Under the pieces are notes generated by a model. The model ran no database searches, was not told the origin of the DNA, and worked only from the letters and a program-made list of their open reading frames with translations. Positions 10,361-20,110 of a stretch of DNA of 64,000 nucleotides are shown here, piece after piece; position 1 is the first letter of the stretch, and each line of letters opens with the position of its first letter. Source of the DNA: Synechococcus sp. GTDB lineage: Bacteria > Cyanobacteriota > Cyanobacteriia > PCC-6307 > Cyanobiaceae. The position numbers and the translations under genes were made by a program. The stretch lies in the NCBI GenBank assembly GCA_047285305.1, contig JBJBDL010000003.1, forward strand, positions 1,632,001-1,696,000, given 5' to 3'.

Positions 10361-11215
10361 TTATCCATAGGGCCCAAATCGCGTCGCACAGGCGGCACCA
10401 CACTGGGCACCCAAAGCGATGGCCTTCGCCAGGGACCAGCGCGCCGCAAGACCCGTGACCACTCCTGCCGCAAAGCTGTCACCGCAGCCATAACTCTCGA
10501 CCAAGGGCCCCGGAAGGGGTGATGGGTCATAACGACCGCCTGGACGACTGACACCGCCTGCGTCACCTTCCGTGCGAATTATTGTTTTGGGAGCTGGGTT
10601 CAACTGCCCCGACTCCACCCGTTCACCCGGATCAAGCCCACTGCCAATCAGGGCATCGAGGGGAACCCCGGCCTGCTGAAGCACGGGCAAACGAACGCGC
10701 GGGGTCGCAGCCAGGACTGCAGCAGAACGGCAGGCTTTCAACAGAGGAGCATCAGCTGCCGTGACGAAAAGGCCGTCGCATCCGCCCAGGGCCTCCCAGG
10801 GAAGGTCGTCATCCAGTGATGGGGTCAGCCGCTCGCCGATCACCGTGATCGCACGATCCCCCTCATCATCAACCATGCTCACGCCCCGACGGGTTGGCAC
10901 CTCCCTCCAGGCGACATGAAGTTCAAGGCCCAGATCCTCGAGTCGCTTGACGCAGGCTTCACCGACAGAATCGCGACCTAGAGCCGTAAAGAACTGGACG
11001 GGTTGATGCTGCAAGCGTGCCATCTGCACCGCAACAACGGCGCCACCACCAGCAGGTTCCTGCAGAGTCTGCAAGGCGTGACCAATGGCCCCGGGACAGG
11101 GCAACTGATCCACCGCCAGAAATTCCACCCATTCGACATGACCCACAACGGCCAAGCGCAGAGGCGGCAGGGCTGAGGCGGAAGACAAGGACCGTTCAAA
11201 GCTGCTGGACCCCAT
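10361..11215 (-). CDS. PfkB family carbohydrate kinase
   Basis: AGGGAVVAVQMARL and ESYGCGDSFAAG PfkB signatures. Confidence 0.85.
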   Translation of the reverse strand: MGSSSFERSLSSASALPPLRLAVVGHVEWVEFLAVDQLPCPGAIGHALQTLQEPAGGGAVVAVQMARLQHQPVQFFTALGRDSVGEACVKRLEDLGLELHVAWREVPTRRGVSMVDDEGDRAITVIGERLTPSLDDDLPWEALGGCDGLFVTAADAPLLKACRSAAVLAATPRVRLPVLQQAGVPLDALIGSGLDPGERVESGQLNPAPKTIIRTEGDAGGVSRPGGRYDPSPLPGPLVESYGCGDSFAAGVVTGLAARWSLAKAIALGAQCGAACATRFGPYG

Positions 11216-11225
11216 CCTCTCTGCA

Positions 11226-11287
11226 GGAACGGCTCAACAACAGGATGGTCGCGGATGAAGGACAAGGCCATCCGCAAAGTGTGTTGA
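11226..11287 (+). repeat. Degenerate copy of the helicase 3' end
   Basis: 11226-11247 matches 9863-9884 at 21/22 nt; 11251-11263 is identical to 9914-9926. Confidence 0.85.
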
Positions 11288-11327
11288 GATCGCTCTCCAC
11301 TGCTGTGCCCTTAAGGTTCAACATCGG

Positions 11328-11543
11328 ATGGTTTTAACAACGTTGGCCAAGCTCGGGGAGATCAAACTCAAACAGATTCCACAACTGAACACGGCCAACA
11401 GCTCACCCTTGATTCGGAAACACAAAGAGGTTCTGAATCTGATGATGAGAACGCTTTCGCTTGATACCTACGGCCTCACCTGGGCCCAGTTCATCAAGGG
11501 GTTTGGTTGCGGTGCTTTGGCCGTTTGGCTTCTCATGCGCTGA
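11328..11543 (+). CDS. Small hypothetical protein
   Basis: ORF with C-terminal hydrophobic segment; start uncertain. Confidence 0.45.
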   Translation: MVLTTLAKLGEIKLKQIPQLNTANSSPLIRKHKEVLNLMMRTLSLDTYGLTWAQFIKGFGCGALAVWLLMR

Positions 11544-11545
11544 GC

Positions 11546-11704
11546 TCAGCCATGACACACGGGCCTTCCACCCCATAGCCGCGACTCCAACATTCCCTTT
11601 TCCAAGACCGTCAGTTTTGGTGCCGGCTCATTCAATGCAGCTTCCGCCCGTGTCTTGGCTGCGGCAATGAACCGATCTGTTTTATCTCCAGAATCAAAAG
11701 CCAC
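11546..11704 (-). CDS. Small hypothetical protein (52 aa)
   Basis: Manual translation from GTG: AFDSGDKTDRFIAAAKTRAEAALNEPAPKLTVLEKGMLES... Confidence 0.45.
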   Translation of the reverse strand: MAFDSGDKTDRFIAAAKTRAEAALNEPAPKLTVLEKGMLESRLWGGRPVCHG

Positions 11705-11862
11705 GGTGCCTCAGCAATAACCACCAAAGGTATGGATCAGCACCTGTTGAGTCTCAGGACTTAAGAAAGATCCCTGAACCCAACAGATGAGGGTGCGAGC
11801 TCCCCTCAACCATTCCCTCGATTGCAGAATCGTTGCTATCGGTTGGAGGTTGCAGCAACCCG

Positions 11863-12062
11863 ATGAGTCGTTACCCCGTCTTCTATTGCGCTCCAGCGGC
11901 CGTTGACGCTGGGTTTAAGCCTATTGAAGCGGCGGATGTCTAAGAGTCGAACAGATCGTGCAGCGTGAGCATCCCTGCGCAGTCACGGGATCTCTGAGTG
12001 AACGGGTGAGCAAAGAAGAGGAACTCCGCCGGTTGTTTGTGGCCTGGCTCGAAAAAGTCTGA
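11863..12062 (+). pseudogene. Small hypothetical protein with internal stop and frameshift
   Basis: GGAGG upstream; MSRYPVFYCAPAAVDAGFKPIEAADV* then, after a shift, EQIVQREHPCAVTGSLSERVSKEEELRRLFVAWLEKV*. Confidence 0.55.
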
Positions 12063-12066
12063 ACAC

Positions 12067-12486
12067 ATGGAGCCACCACAGGGGTGCATGAAACGCAATT
12101 CGTTGTCGGTCACACCCCCCAGCTGGCTGGACATCGACCCCGACAGCTACAAGCGGCTGCTGAACCGCACGGCGGTGACGACTACCAAGCGCGCCAGGAA
12201 GCGAGGGGCAACGTATCAGGTGAGGGAGGCCATCTATTCCATCCATGCAGCATTTCAGCGTTGTGACGGCACGGATCCCTACGACGGACTGCCGTTGGAC
12301 AATCGCATTCATGATGGAGTCCGCAGTCCGACCGTCTCCCCGGTGAGCAGCAGCAGCGCAGCGACCTTTGAGATTCTCAGCCTGCAGACCAAAGAAGCCA
12401 AAGGGGAGAGGAACGGCGAGGAGTTCATCGCCCACTGCCGTGCCGTAGTCGCCCATGCCGACGCGTCATCACCGGCCCAACTATGA
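12067..12486 (+). CDS. Hypothetical protein
   Basis: Open frame with ATGA overlap into the next gene. Confidence 0.6.
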   Translation: MEPPQGCMKRNSLSVTPPSWLDIDPDSYKRLLNRTAVTTTKRARKRGATYQVREAIYSIHAAFQRCDGTDPYDGLPLDNRIHDGVRSPTVSPVSSSSAATFEILSLQTKEAKGERNGEEFIAHCRAVVAHADASSPAQL

Positions 12487-13028
12487 GCAGCGCCAAGAAG
12501 CTGTTCCTGGTGGTGCTGGGGGGCCGTTGCAAGGGTTGCCATGTGGAGCAGCACGATGTGCGCTGGGTCGTGGGCGAGACCATCGACGCAACGCTGCCGG
12601 TGCTGCGGCAGGAATGGATCGGCCTCCGCCATGGCTTACACATCGACAGCTACCGCTGCATCGACCATGTCGATCGCTATCGCGTTGAAGTTGTTGAGCA
12701 AGCGCAGGATCCATCCAGTTTTGACGGTCCGCAACTGTGGTTCGTCAACCTTGGCGCCTATGACCCCACCTCTATGGCGGAACAGCATGCCTTCGGGGTG
12801 ATCGTGGCCCGTTCTTCAGCCTCTGCCAAGGCGCAGGCACGGCAGCGTTGGCTGAAGGGACAGGAGCAAGTGCATAAGGACGATCTTCACCCTGTCGAAA
12901 TGGACAGCGCGCTCGATGATCTGCTGCCGATTCACGGCAATGGCCAGTGGCACTTGAAACTGATCGCGGATGGCCAAGTTGACGACGACCCAGCCCATCC
13001 CAATTGGTACGGCTATTGGAAGATCTGA
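12483..13028 (+). CDS. DUF1543 domain protein
   Basis: Two repeats: LFLVVLGG..EQHD..LHID and LWFVNLGAY..EQH..VHKDD. Confidence 0.8.
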   Translation: MSSAKKLFLVVLGGRCKGCHVEQHDVRWVVGETIDATLPVLRQEWIGLRHGLHIDSYRCIDHVDRYRVEVVEQAQDPSSFDGPQLWFVNLGAYDPTSMAEQHAFGVIVARSSASAKAQARQRWLKGQEQVHKDDLHPVEMDSALDDLLPIHGNGQWHLKLIADGQVDDDPAHPNWYGYWKI

Positions 13029-13274
13029 CCACAGAACAAACACTGCTCAGCTACAACTAACCACCACGTTGAGGTGTGTCGTGCTGATCCTGATCCTCCT
13101 CGTGCTGACGGGCTCCTACGCCGGACTGTGGTCTCTGCGTTTCGTGCTCGAACAACGCACTGACACCGAATAGGAAATGACAACCTCAAGACGCATCCAG
13201 TCACATCCGGCCGAGTAGCTGAAGCGTTTGCCAGGCAGAGCAGGAATACGTTTTCCTCAGTCCATCGACGACCC

Positions 13275-13627
13275 GTGTCGCTTGTTCAACGTCTTGGCAT
13301 CGCCGCGTTCGTGGTGGTCATCACCGGTGTCGGCCTGAGTCCTGTGGTGGAAGCCCATAGTGCTCGTCACGACCATCACCACCACTCCCGCACAAACAAA
13401 AAACGCAGGCCTAAAACAGTGGCTACAAGCATGGCTACAGAACGGCCGTCGAAAACAGCTACCTACCCAGCCACCACACGTACTACCTCAGCTATTCCCC
13501 GCTGTAAGGCCCCATGGTTTCACCGATGCCCCGGCGGGTCATTTTCACCCCAACGCCCTGGATGGTTCCTGTTCACCCACATCACCACGGCACCCTCGTC
13601 AACGTTGGGCACTGGGTACATCTCTAG
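13275..13627 (+). pseudogene. Secreted His/Tyr/Pro-rich protein, disrupted
   Basis: Signal peptide and HDHHHH, then a frameshift near 13405 into a frame (SGYKHGYRTAVENSYLPSHH...PWMVPVHPHHHG) carrying two TAA stops. Confidence 0.5.
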
Positions 13628-13644
13628 ACACCGCGTCATCCACC

Positions 13645-13899
13645 ATGTCTGATCGAATCAGCAAAGACGCCAGCGAGACCTGGCGCGACCATGTGCTGAG
13701 GCAGGTGGTGTATTTCCTGGAAAGCCATCGCGATGAAATCATCGATAGCTTTGAAGCGGAGAACGCTTACAACTTGAAGCGTGAAGACATCGAAAAGTCA
13801 GATCTTCTCGATTTCGATGTTTCAGTCACGCTACATCGCGATCAATCCTCTTCCTTTGGCCTTGGATTCGGTTTTTTCAAGGCCAACATGATTCGCTGA
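13645..13899 (+). CDS. Hypothetical protein
   Basis: MSDRISKDASETWRDH...FGLGFGFFKANMIR. Confidence 0.6.
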   Translation: MSDRISKDASETWRDHVLRQVVYFLESHRDEIIDSFEAENAYNLKREDIEKSDLLDFDVSVTLHRDQSSSFGLGFGFFKANMIR

Positions 13900-13900
13900 A

Positions 13901-14050
13901 TCAACCTGCAGGCTTCCAGAGCACATCGGGATCCTGGCGTTGCAGGGTTTGTTCAGCCAGTTTGAGGTAATAGAAATAGCTTTGTCTGTCTTCCGACTGA
14001 GCAGCTTTGTTCATCAAGTGCAGATAGCTGAGACGCTGATCTCTGTTCAT
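13901..14050 (-). CDS. Small hypothetical protein (49 aa)
   Basis: Manual translation: MNRDQRLSYLHLMNKAAQSEDRQSYFYYLKLAEQ... Confidence 0.45.
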   Translation of the reverse strand: MNRDQRLSYLHLMNKAAQSEDRQSYFYYLKLAEQTLQRQDPDVLWKPAG

Positions 14051-14200
14051 GCATGGGCTGGAGGGGGGTGAAACAATCACCTCAGCCGGCCTTCAATTTC
14101 GGTATCAGAGCAAACAACCGAAACAATTCTGGGTATCGATAGGGCACTTTTTTATCTTTTCTTTTGAAGCTTTGGCCATAAATCCGTCCTCGTGATGCAA

Positions 14201-14452
14201 TCAACAGGGTCGGAAATTCGTCGTGACGGGCGGGCCACCTCCAGGAGGAACAACACAGCTTGGATCGGATGAGCCTGTGTTCTGCTCAGGCAATGCAGGA
14301 GCTCCCCCGGGCCCTCCCGGCAATGCCGGACCCAAATCAATCTTGCCGGACCGGATCAGTTGGGACGTGACGTTGAACGCCAACCCGCCAAGCAACCCAA
14401 GCCCCATCGAGGCCAAAAAAGCAACAAGAATTTGACGCTGACGGTTGTTCAT
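14201..14452 (-). CDS. Small membrane-anchored Pro/Gly-rich protein
   Basis: MNNRQRQILVAFLASMGLGLLGG..., CVVPPGGGPP..RPC. Confidence 0.55.
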   Translation of the reverse strand: MNNRQRQILVAFLASMGLGLLGGLAFNVTSQLIRSGKIDLGPALPGGPGGAPALPEQNTGSSDPSCVVPPGGGPPVTTNFRPC

Positions 14453-14469
14453 CCCACTGCTCGATCCCG

Positions 14470-14664
14470 ATGAAGGTTGATTGGCCGCGAGCTCTGGCCT
14501 CAATCTCAGTGAATAACGGAGATTTGACAGATCAAAACAGACCGCCGGATGATCCGCTTGCTGCAACTGAAACGATCGAAACACAGTCTCTGCTGACGCT
14601 GCTCACGCCCTTCCTCGTGTTCGGGGCCTTGTTTGTGGTACTCCTGCTGGTCTGGGACCGATGA
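14470..14664 (+). CDS. Small membrane protein
   Basis: C-terminal TM helix; start uncertain; ATGA overlap with next ORF. Confidence 0.45.
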   Translation: MKVDWPRALASISVNNGDLTDQNRPPDDPLAATETIETQSLLTLLTPFLVFGALFVVLLLVWDR

Positions 14665-14783
14665 CAGCCCCGGTTGCGGGACTGTTCTGGACGCCATACG
14701 CCGATTGGATCTACACCGTGGTCAGCCTGAGTGGGTTGATGCTGATCACCTGGCTGGTGCTAGGCCGCAGCAGCGGCGGCTGA
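14661..14783 (+). CDS. Small membrane protein (40 aa)
   Basis: Manual translation: MTAPVAGLFWTPYADWIYTVVSLSGLMLITWLVLGRSSGG. Confidence 0.5.
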   Translation: MTAPVAGLFWTPYADWIYTVVSLSGLMLITWLVLGRSSGG

Positions 14784-14808
14784 TGCACTTAGACGCACTT
14801 CAAGAGCG

Positions 14809-15153
14809 TCAGGCAGCAAGCATCCCCATCTCAGGCTCAAGCAGAACATCGCGGGCTGTGTTGAACCGTGTCATCACCTCAGGGTCGCCCCCTTTGTCGG
14901 GATGGTGTTGAACAGCCAGAAGCTTGTGAGCCCGCTTCACCTGGGCAACGGTTAACCGCCCGGTGAGCGGCAGGCCAAGGCACTGCCTTGCCTGAATCGC
15001 TTCGAGACCGGGGTCGCGCCCCATCGGACATTGATCGCGGCGATGGTTTGACGTTCCCGGCTTGCGCTTCTTGCTGGATTTGCGTTTGGCCGACCTGGCC
15101 TGCCCCCCAAACCCTTTCGAATCCTGCACAAGCTGATCGCCGAAGCAGTTCAC
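14809..15153 (-). CDS. Small J-domain (DnaJ-like) protein
   Basis: VKRAHKLLAVQHHPDKGG..FNTARDVL. Confidence 0.8.
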   Translation of the reverse strand: MNCFGDQLVQDSKGFGGQARSAKRKSSKKRKPGTSNHRRDQCPMGRDPGLEAIQARQCLGLPLTGRLTVAQVKRAHKLLAVQHHPDKGGDPEVMTRFNTARDVLLEPEMGMLAA

Positions 15154-15171
15154 AATGCCTGATCGCCTGGT

Positions 15172-15879
15172 TCAGTCACCGAGCTGCGACCACCAGCGCT
15201 CGATGCGATCGGTGGAGCCGTACCAGCTTTGGCCAAACAATCCGCCGTGGGCTGTATCAGCAAGCTCAATCCAACGGGCATCCCGCAGCAGAGCTGATGG
15301 AAGCGGCACCAGACCATCCCCCTGCAGATCCGGGTCGCCCATGATCTGGCGATAGCTGCGGGCAGCGCTGCGGCGCGAAAAGTTGGATGCATTCGCTCCC
15401 AGCGGATCAAGCCGACCCGCAACCGCGACGTAGTCGACCCGATCGGCTTCAGGGCAACCCGGAAACTCACGATCCACACGAGCCCGCAGCGGTGTGGCAC
15501 GCAGGGCCTGATGGGGACTGCCGAGAGTGATCAGGCGATTGCATCGGGCTGCACCGTTGAAACGGCGGCCCAGAAAGGTCTGATCGGCCAGATAGGGGCG
15601 CAACATCACCCCGCCGGAACTGTGACCAATCAACGTGACTCCCTCGGTGGGCGACTGGCTTTGAAGCTCACGCACAGCGACATCAACGCGATCAAGCAGG
15701 CGACGCCAACCGAAACCCCAGCTGGTGGCCAACCAATCCAATTTGGACGCAGGCACGATGTGCACCGCAGCGCCGGTGGTCTGATCAATCCAATCAGCGA
15801 GGGGGAGATAGGCCTCTTGCGTGATCAGAAAGCCACCGAAGATGACGACGGGCTGGGTGAGACGAGACGTGCTACTCAC
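15172..15879 (-). CDS. Alpha/beta hydrolase (esterase/lipase)
   Basis: GHSSGG nucleophile elbow, LGSPH, GDGLVP, terminal His. Confidence 0.8.
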   Translation of the reverse strand: MSSTSRLTQPVVIFGGFLITQEAYLPLADWIDQTTGAAVHIVPASKLDWLATSWGFGWRRLLDRVDVAVRELQSQSPTEGVTLIGHSSGGVMLRPYLADQTFLGRRFNGAARCNRLITLGSPHQALRATPLRARVDREFPGCPEADRVDYVAVAGRLDPLGANASNFSRRSAARSYRQIMGDPDLQGDGLVPLPSALLRDARWIELADTAHGGLFGQSWYGSTDRIERWWSQLGD

Positions 15880-16058
15880 CTGATCAACGCACATTGCGGA
15901 GACTTGATCAGGTCGTAGCCACGCCGAATGCGACTTCCACCAGGTTCAAGAACCGTGCTCAGCTGTTGATCCTCAGAAGAAGCCTCAAGAACAACCTGCT
16001 GACCAATTAAAACGATCCTGAAGCGCCAGGAGAGAAGACCCGGAAGGATAAAGCTCAT
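15876..16058 (-). CDS. Small hypothetical protein
   Basis: MSFILPGLLSWRFRIV...; overlaps the next start. Confidence 0.5.
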   Translation of the reverse strand: MSFILPGLLSWRFRIVLIGQQVVLEASSEDQQLSTVLEPGGSRIRRGYDLIKSPQCALIR

Positions 16059-16136
16059 GCAGATCCTGGTTCTCGTCTCAAGCTGCCTCAATTCAGAACA
16101 ACGTCCATCCCTTCAAGTCAAAGGAAAGTCGAGAAA

Positions 16137-16796
16137 TCACTGGAGAGGTTTCTCGGCCACAACGGCAAGGAAAGGATCTCCTTTGCCGCCGAACAAGCCC
16201 ATGACACCCTCAGCGCGGGTGTCTTCGGCAACGATCTCAGGTTGGGGCCAGCCCTGAGCCATCAACACCTCAGCGACATATCGCAGGTGATCACCGTCAT
16301 CTCCGTCGGTCCAGACCTGGGGAGCCTTGGTGAAGAACATCCGATTGGAAAACGCCACGATCACCTGGCCCCGGGGACGGGTGATCCGCCACAGCTCAGC
16401 GGCGATCGGCTCGGGCTGTTGCAGGTACTGCCAGCCGGCCACGATCAGGGTGGCATCGATCGATGCATCCTCAACCGGGAGGGTTTGGTCACGGTTGAGG
16501 TTCTGAACCCAGTACCGATCCAATCGGGGGTTGGCACTCAGCTCCTCACCATTGAGGCCATGGCCAATGACGTTGTCGTAACTGACGTCTTCCGGCAGGT
16601 GGCTCACCCAACTGCTCATCAGATCCAGCACCTGGGCACAGGGAGGAATGCGCTCGCGGTAGAGGGCAGTCAGCCGAGCACGAAAACCCGCATCCAGGTG
16701 GTGAACGAAACGCGGCTCGCTGTAGAAGATCGCGTCGTCGGTGGCATCCAACTTGAAGCGTTGGGAGTCCTTCAGAACAGGAACAACCTTCATCAA
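16137..16796 (-). CDS. Class I SAM-dependent methyltransferase
   Basis: FYSEPRFVHHLD, VLDLMSSWVSHLP, FSNRMF motifs. Confidence 0.85.
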   Translation of the reverse strand: MMKVVPVLKDSQRFKLDATDDAIFYSEPRFVHHLDAGFRARLTALYRERIPPCAQVLDLMSSWVSHLPEDVSYDNVIGHGLNGEELSANPRLDRYWVQNLNRDQTLPVEDASIDATLIVAGWQYLQQPEPIAAELWRITRPRGQVIVAFSNRMFFTKAPQVWTDGDDGDHLRYVAEVLMAQGWPQPEIVAEDTRAEGVMGLFGGKGDPFLAVVAEKPLQ

Positions 16797-17018
16797 TCAA
16801 CCCAGCTGCAGGTACCAGAGCAGAGCTGCACCAAGCTGACCCGCGATTCCCAAGCCCGTGGCCTTTTCAAGCACCACGGCAGCCAAGAAACCGAGCATGG
16901 CCACCCGGCCATTGAGCCGCTCCACATCGGTCAGGGCAGACCGGTTCCAGGGGCGTGCCGTAGTGAGCGACTCGCCGAAGCGTTCCGGTTCCTCGTAACG
17001 AAAAGCAGGCCGACTCAT
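16797..17018 (-). CDS. hli: High-light inducible protein (chlorophyll a/b-binding family)
   Basis: ERLNGRVAMLGF..LEKATG motif. Confidence 0.88.
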   Translation of the reverse strand: MSRPAFRYEEPERFGESLTTARPWNRSALTDVERLNGRVAMLGFLAAVVLEKATGLGIAGQLGAALLWYLQLG

Positions 17019-17428
17019 CGCAATGCGCAGATCCAGCGGACCTTAACCACCGTTCCATGGCGACCGGGGTAGACGGTCCAGGCACCATCGATCTGGCGTT
17101 GCTCCAGCTGACCTTTGGAGCAGTTGGCACGCATCGGCAGAACCCGTTGGGTCCACCGGTCCTGGCCAGCACGCTGGATCAGCAGGCCTGCCTCCACCTC
17201 AACGGAACCGTCCACGCTCTGGGGGGCCCGGATGTATTCAGCCGCCTTGAGCGCGGGGGTGTCGAGGGCTTCCATGAAGATCCAGCCGTCGCCTGGCAAC
17301 AGATCGCCGCGACGGGATTGCCAAACCGCTGGCTCCTGCATCGGCTGCCATTCCGCCTGAACAGGCCCTGCGATCAGGGACAGGAGTAAAGCGAGAGCAA
17401 CATTGAAGGCCAGAGCGGGGGAGGCCAT
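17015..17428 (-). CDS. Exported hypothetical protein
   Basis: Signal peptide ending VQA; ATGA overlap with hli. Confidence 0.6.
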   Translation of the reverse strand: MASPALAFNVALALLLSLIAGPVQAEWQPMQEPAVWQSRRGDLLPGDGWIFMEALDTPALKAAEYIRAPQSVDGSVEVEAGLLIQRAGQDRWTQRVLPMRANCSKGQLEQRQIDGAWTVYPGRHGTVVKVRWICALR

Positions 17429-17574
17429 TGGCAACGGGATGAGGGAAGAGAGGTCGGACGGACTGTCGGTCGCTTCAAACAGCTTTACGAAGCGTTGAAA
17501 CGCAAACATGAATGAATGGTTATGGAATTCCACCTAGCAGGAGTGCCAGCTTGAAACGACTGCTTCATCAGTCC

Positions 17575-17760
17575 ATGGCCAGCATTGCTCAGGGACGGGC
17601 TGCCTACACCGTCCGCCACAAGACGTCCAATGGAGAAAAGCTAGAAACCTGCTTCTACGCCGCCGATGCCTTTGAGGCCCGTCTGCTGGCCATGGAGTTC
17701 AACGCCTACATCCGACAGCACCCGAACTGCATCGATTCGATCCTCAGGACGGAGGCTTGA
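17575..17760 (+). CDS. Small hypothetical protein
   Basis: MASIAQGRAAYTVRH..CFYAADAFEAR..HPNCIDSI. Confidence 0.6.
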   Translation: MASIAQGRAAYTVRHKTSNGEKLETCFYAADAFEARLLAMEFNAYIRQHPNCIDSILRTEA

Positions 17761-17935
17761 ACGGCGCCCGGCGACGCTCCACCTGAACGAAGACCAGCCA
17801 GGCCAGGCTGGCGAGCCCACCTCCGATCCAATCGCTGCGCAGCAGTTCCACCAGGGCGATGGTGCTGGCCCCGATGCGCAGTCCCCGTAGAAGCAGGTCC
17901 GTTATGGGAGGTGTCCGGCGCTTGTCGCGCTGCAT
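17744..17935 (-). CDS. Small membrane protein
   Basis: MQRDKRRTPP... with two short hydrophobic segments. Confidence 0.5.
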   Translation of the reverse strand: MQRDKRRTPPITDLLLRGLRIGASTIALVELLRSDWIGGGLASLAWLVFVQVERRRAPFKPPS

Positions 17936-17952
17936 GGGCCGACTCCGAAAAG

Positions 17953-18471
17953 ATGGAGATGTTGCAGAGCCCCATGATCTCAGTCGTGCCTGGTTCTCCT
18001 GCCGCAGCTCTTCTAGCGAGGGAAGGCCTGAGCCGCCGTAATGGCAGCGGCATTCAAATCGAGCAGCTGCCGGGCTGCTGGATGTTGCAGCAGACCTGGA
18101 CGCGCAGCGGTGATCCACCGGCGCCCGGCACCGCAACTCTGCTGCGTTGGCTGCAGGCCAGCCTGATCTTGAGCCGCGGCGACCAGGGCCTAAACATCGT
18201 GAATCAGATCTGCCTGGCCGGTTTCTGGTTGCGGTTCAGAGGCCATGCCCAGCTGAAGGGTTCCAGACCACTGCTGATGTTCAGCTTCACGTCGTTGGAG
18301 TTGAGCTGGTCCCATCAGGTGCTGCTGCAGCGAAGCCTGCCGTCACCGGAGCCCCAACGCTTGCCCTTCTTTGCCCTGATTGAACTAAACGAGCAGCAAG
18401 GAACGCTCACAGCGCGGGGTAGGGGCGGTGGACTGGCCTATTGGTCACGCAAGAAACCGGAGACGTCATGA
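17953..18471 (+). CDS. Hypothetical protein (possible PAP/fibrillin-like beta barrel)
   Basis: Ends LTARGRGGGLAYW; coupled to the NUDIX gene. Confidence 0.55.
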   Translation: MEMLQSPMISVVPGSPAAALLAREGLSRRNGSGIQIEQLPGCWMLQQTWTRSGDPPAPGTATLLRWLQASLILSRGDQGLNIVNQICLAGFWLRFRGHAQLKGSRPLLMFSFTSLELSWSHQVLLQRSLPSPEPQRLPFFALIELNEQQGTLTARGRGGGLAYWSRKKPETS

Positions 18472-18899
18472 AGCCCGCCGTCGCCCTGGCCATGCTCGAG
18501 CGGGAAGGCCGATGGCTGCTCCAGCTGCGAGACGACATTGACTCGATCATTTATCCGGGCCACTGGGGGTTGTTTGGCGGCCATCTCGATCCAGGTGAAA
18601 CAGCCAGCGAAGCCCTGCACCGCGAATTGCAGGAGGAGATCACTTGGTCGCCCAGCGTTCCGCTCGAACCATGGTTCAGCGACGACAGCGGCAACCGGGT
18701 AGCGCACGTGTTCCGCGGAAAGCTCAGCGTGCCCGTGAGCCAACTGCAGTTGAAGGAGGGACAGGAGATGAAGTTGGTGTCCCTCAGTGATCTGGTGCGT
18801 GACGCAGTCTGGAGTGAGCGGCAGCAGGAGCTCCGGCCTGTCGCTCCGCGCCTGTCAATCGTGATCGCTCGGTTGCTGCAGGAGGGCCATGACCACTGA
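18468..18899 (+). CDS. NUDIX hydrolase
   Basis: GGHLDPGETASEALHRELQEE Nudix box. Confidence 0.9.
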   Translation: MKPAVALAMLEREGRWLLQLRDDIDSIIYPGHWGLFGGHLDPGETASEALHRELQEEITWSPSVPLEPWFSDDSGNRVAHVFRGKLSVPVSQLQLKEGQEMKLVSLSDLVRDAVWSERQQELRPVAPRLSIVIARLLQEGHDH

Positions 18900-19677
18900 A
18901 ACCTGGCTCGATCTCCGCAATGTGGAGGCATGGCTGGGCGATCGTCCGGTTCTCCACAAGCTCAACCTGCAATTGAAACTGCGGCAGTCCACAACGGTGT
19001 TGGGGCCCAATGGCGCAGGCAAAAGCAGCCTGGTGAAACTGATCGACCGCAGCCTTTATCCCATCGTTCGCCCTGACGCTCATTTGCGGTTGTTTGGCAG
19101 CGAGACGGTGAACCTCTGGGCGCTGCGCAGCCGCCTGGGGGTGGTGTCGAGCGACATGGAACAGCGGCTTCATGCCAAAACAGCTGTTGAGGAGGCCGTG
19201 GTGAGCAATTTTTTTGGGGCCACCCGGCTGGGCCGGGGTCAGAAGCCCAGTGCGCGGCAATGGGAGCAGGCGCGAGATCTGCTCGATCAACTGCACCTCC
19301 ACAGCATCCGTGAACGTTGCTGCGGAGAGCTATCGGACGGACAGCGGCGCCGCCTTTTGATCACTCGCGCCCTGGTTCACCAACCCGAGGTGCTGGTGCT
19401 GGATGAGCCGAGCCGCGCCCTCGACCTCCAGGCCTGCCATCAATTGCTGGCGATCTTGCGGCGCTTGATCCAAGCGGGAACCACCGTGGTGCAGGTCACC
19501 CATCGGGTCGACACGATCGTTCCGGAGATGGAACGGGTGCTGTTTCTGGCGCAGGGACGTCTTGTTGGAGATGGAAGCCCACGGGAGATGCTGCGGCCCG
19601 CCGAGCTGAGTGAACTTTTCAACACCCCGCTCAACGTGGTTGAAGCCCATGGCTTTCGCCAGGTTCTTCCGGGATAG
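18889..19677 (+). CDS. ABC transporter ATP-binding protein (ModF-like)
   Basis: GPNGAGKS, LSDGQRRR, LVLDEP, VTH. Confidence 0.88.
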   Translation: MTTETWLDLRNVEAWLGDRPVLHKLNLQLKLRQSTTVLGPNGAGKSSLVKLIDRSLYPIVRPDAHLRLFGSETVNLWALRSRLGVVSSDMEQRLHAKTAVEEAVVSNFFGATRLGRGQKPSARQWEQARDLLDQLHLHSIRERCCGELSDGQRRRLLITRALVHQPEVLVLDEPSRALDLQACHQLLAILRRLIQAGTTVVQVTHRVDTIVPEMERVLFLAQGRLVGDGSPREMLRPAELSELFNTPLNVVEAHGFRQVLPG

Positions 19678-19732
19678 GTCCGGAGGCAGCACCCTGCTCT
19701 GCTAGGGATGATGGCCAGACCACGCAATCGCC

Positions 19733-19933
19733 ATGGCAACGGCAGAACAGAAAAAGACCATCACCAAGAAGCGCCTCCAGGAGCTGCGCAACCAGTGCCG
19801 TGACCATTACAACGTGGTGGCCGATGGTGTTTTGCCCGACGGTGCCGATGTGCGCGTCACCATGGGCAAGCTCCAGGAGCTGATCGAACTTCTGGATGGC
19901 AAAGCCAAGTGGGATGACAGCGAAGCCTCCTGA
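19733..19933 (+). CDS. Small hypothetical protein
   Basis: 66-aa ATG ORF. Confidence 0.6.
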   Translation: MATAEQKKTITKKRLQELRNQCRDHYNVVADGVLPDGADVRVTMGKLQELIELLDGKAKWDDSEAS

Positions 19934-20102
19934 GCCGTTCCAAGACGTGAGGGACGATCTTGATTACCGCGAGCCTTGGGACCAGTACGGTTCCAAGCAA
20001 ACGGCACCCGATCAGGGTCGTTCCGCCAAGGACTTTCACTTTCGAGAAGCCGGCGTTCAGCGCTTCAACGACACCTACGACTGGGACGACGACGAGCGCT
20101 GA
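19914..20102 (+). CDS. Small acidic hypothetical protein
   Basis: MTAKPPEPFQDVRDDLDY...YDWDDDER. Confidence 0.5.
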   Translation: MTAKPPEPFQDVRDDLDYREPWDQYGSKQTAPDQGRSAKDFHFREAGVQRFNDTYDWDDDER

Positions 20103-20110
20103 TCCACCGA

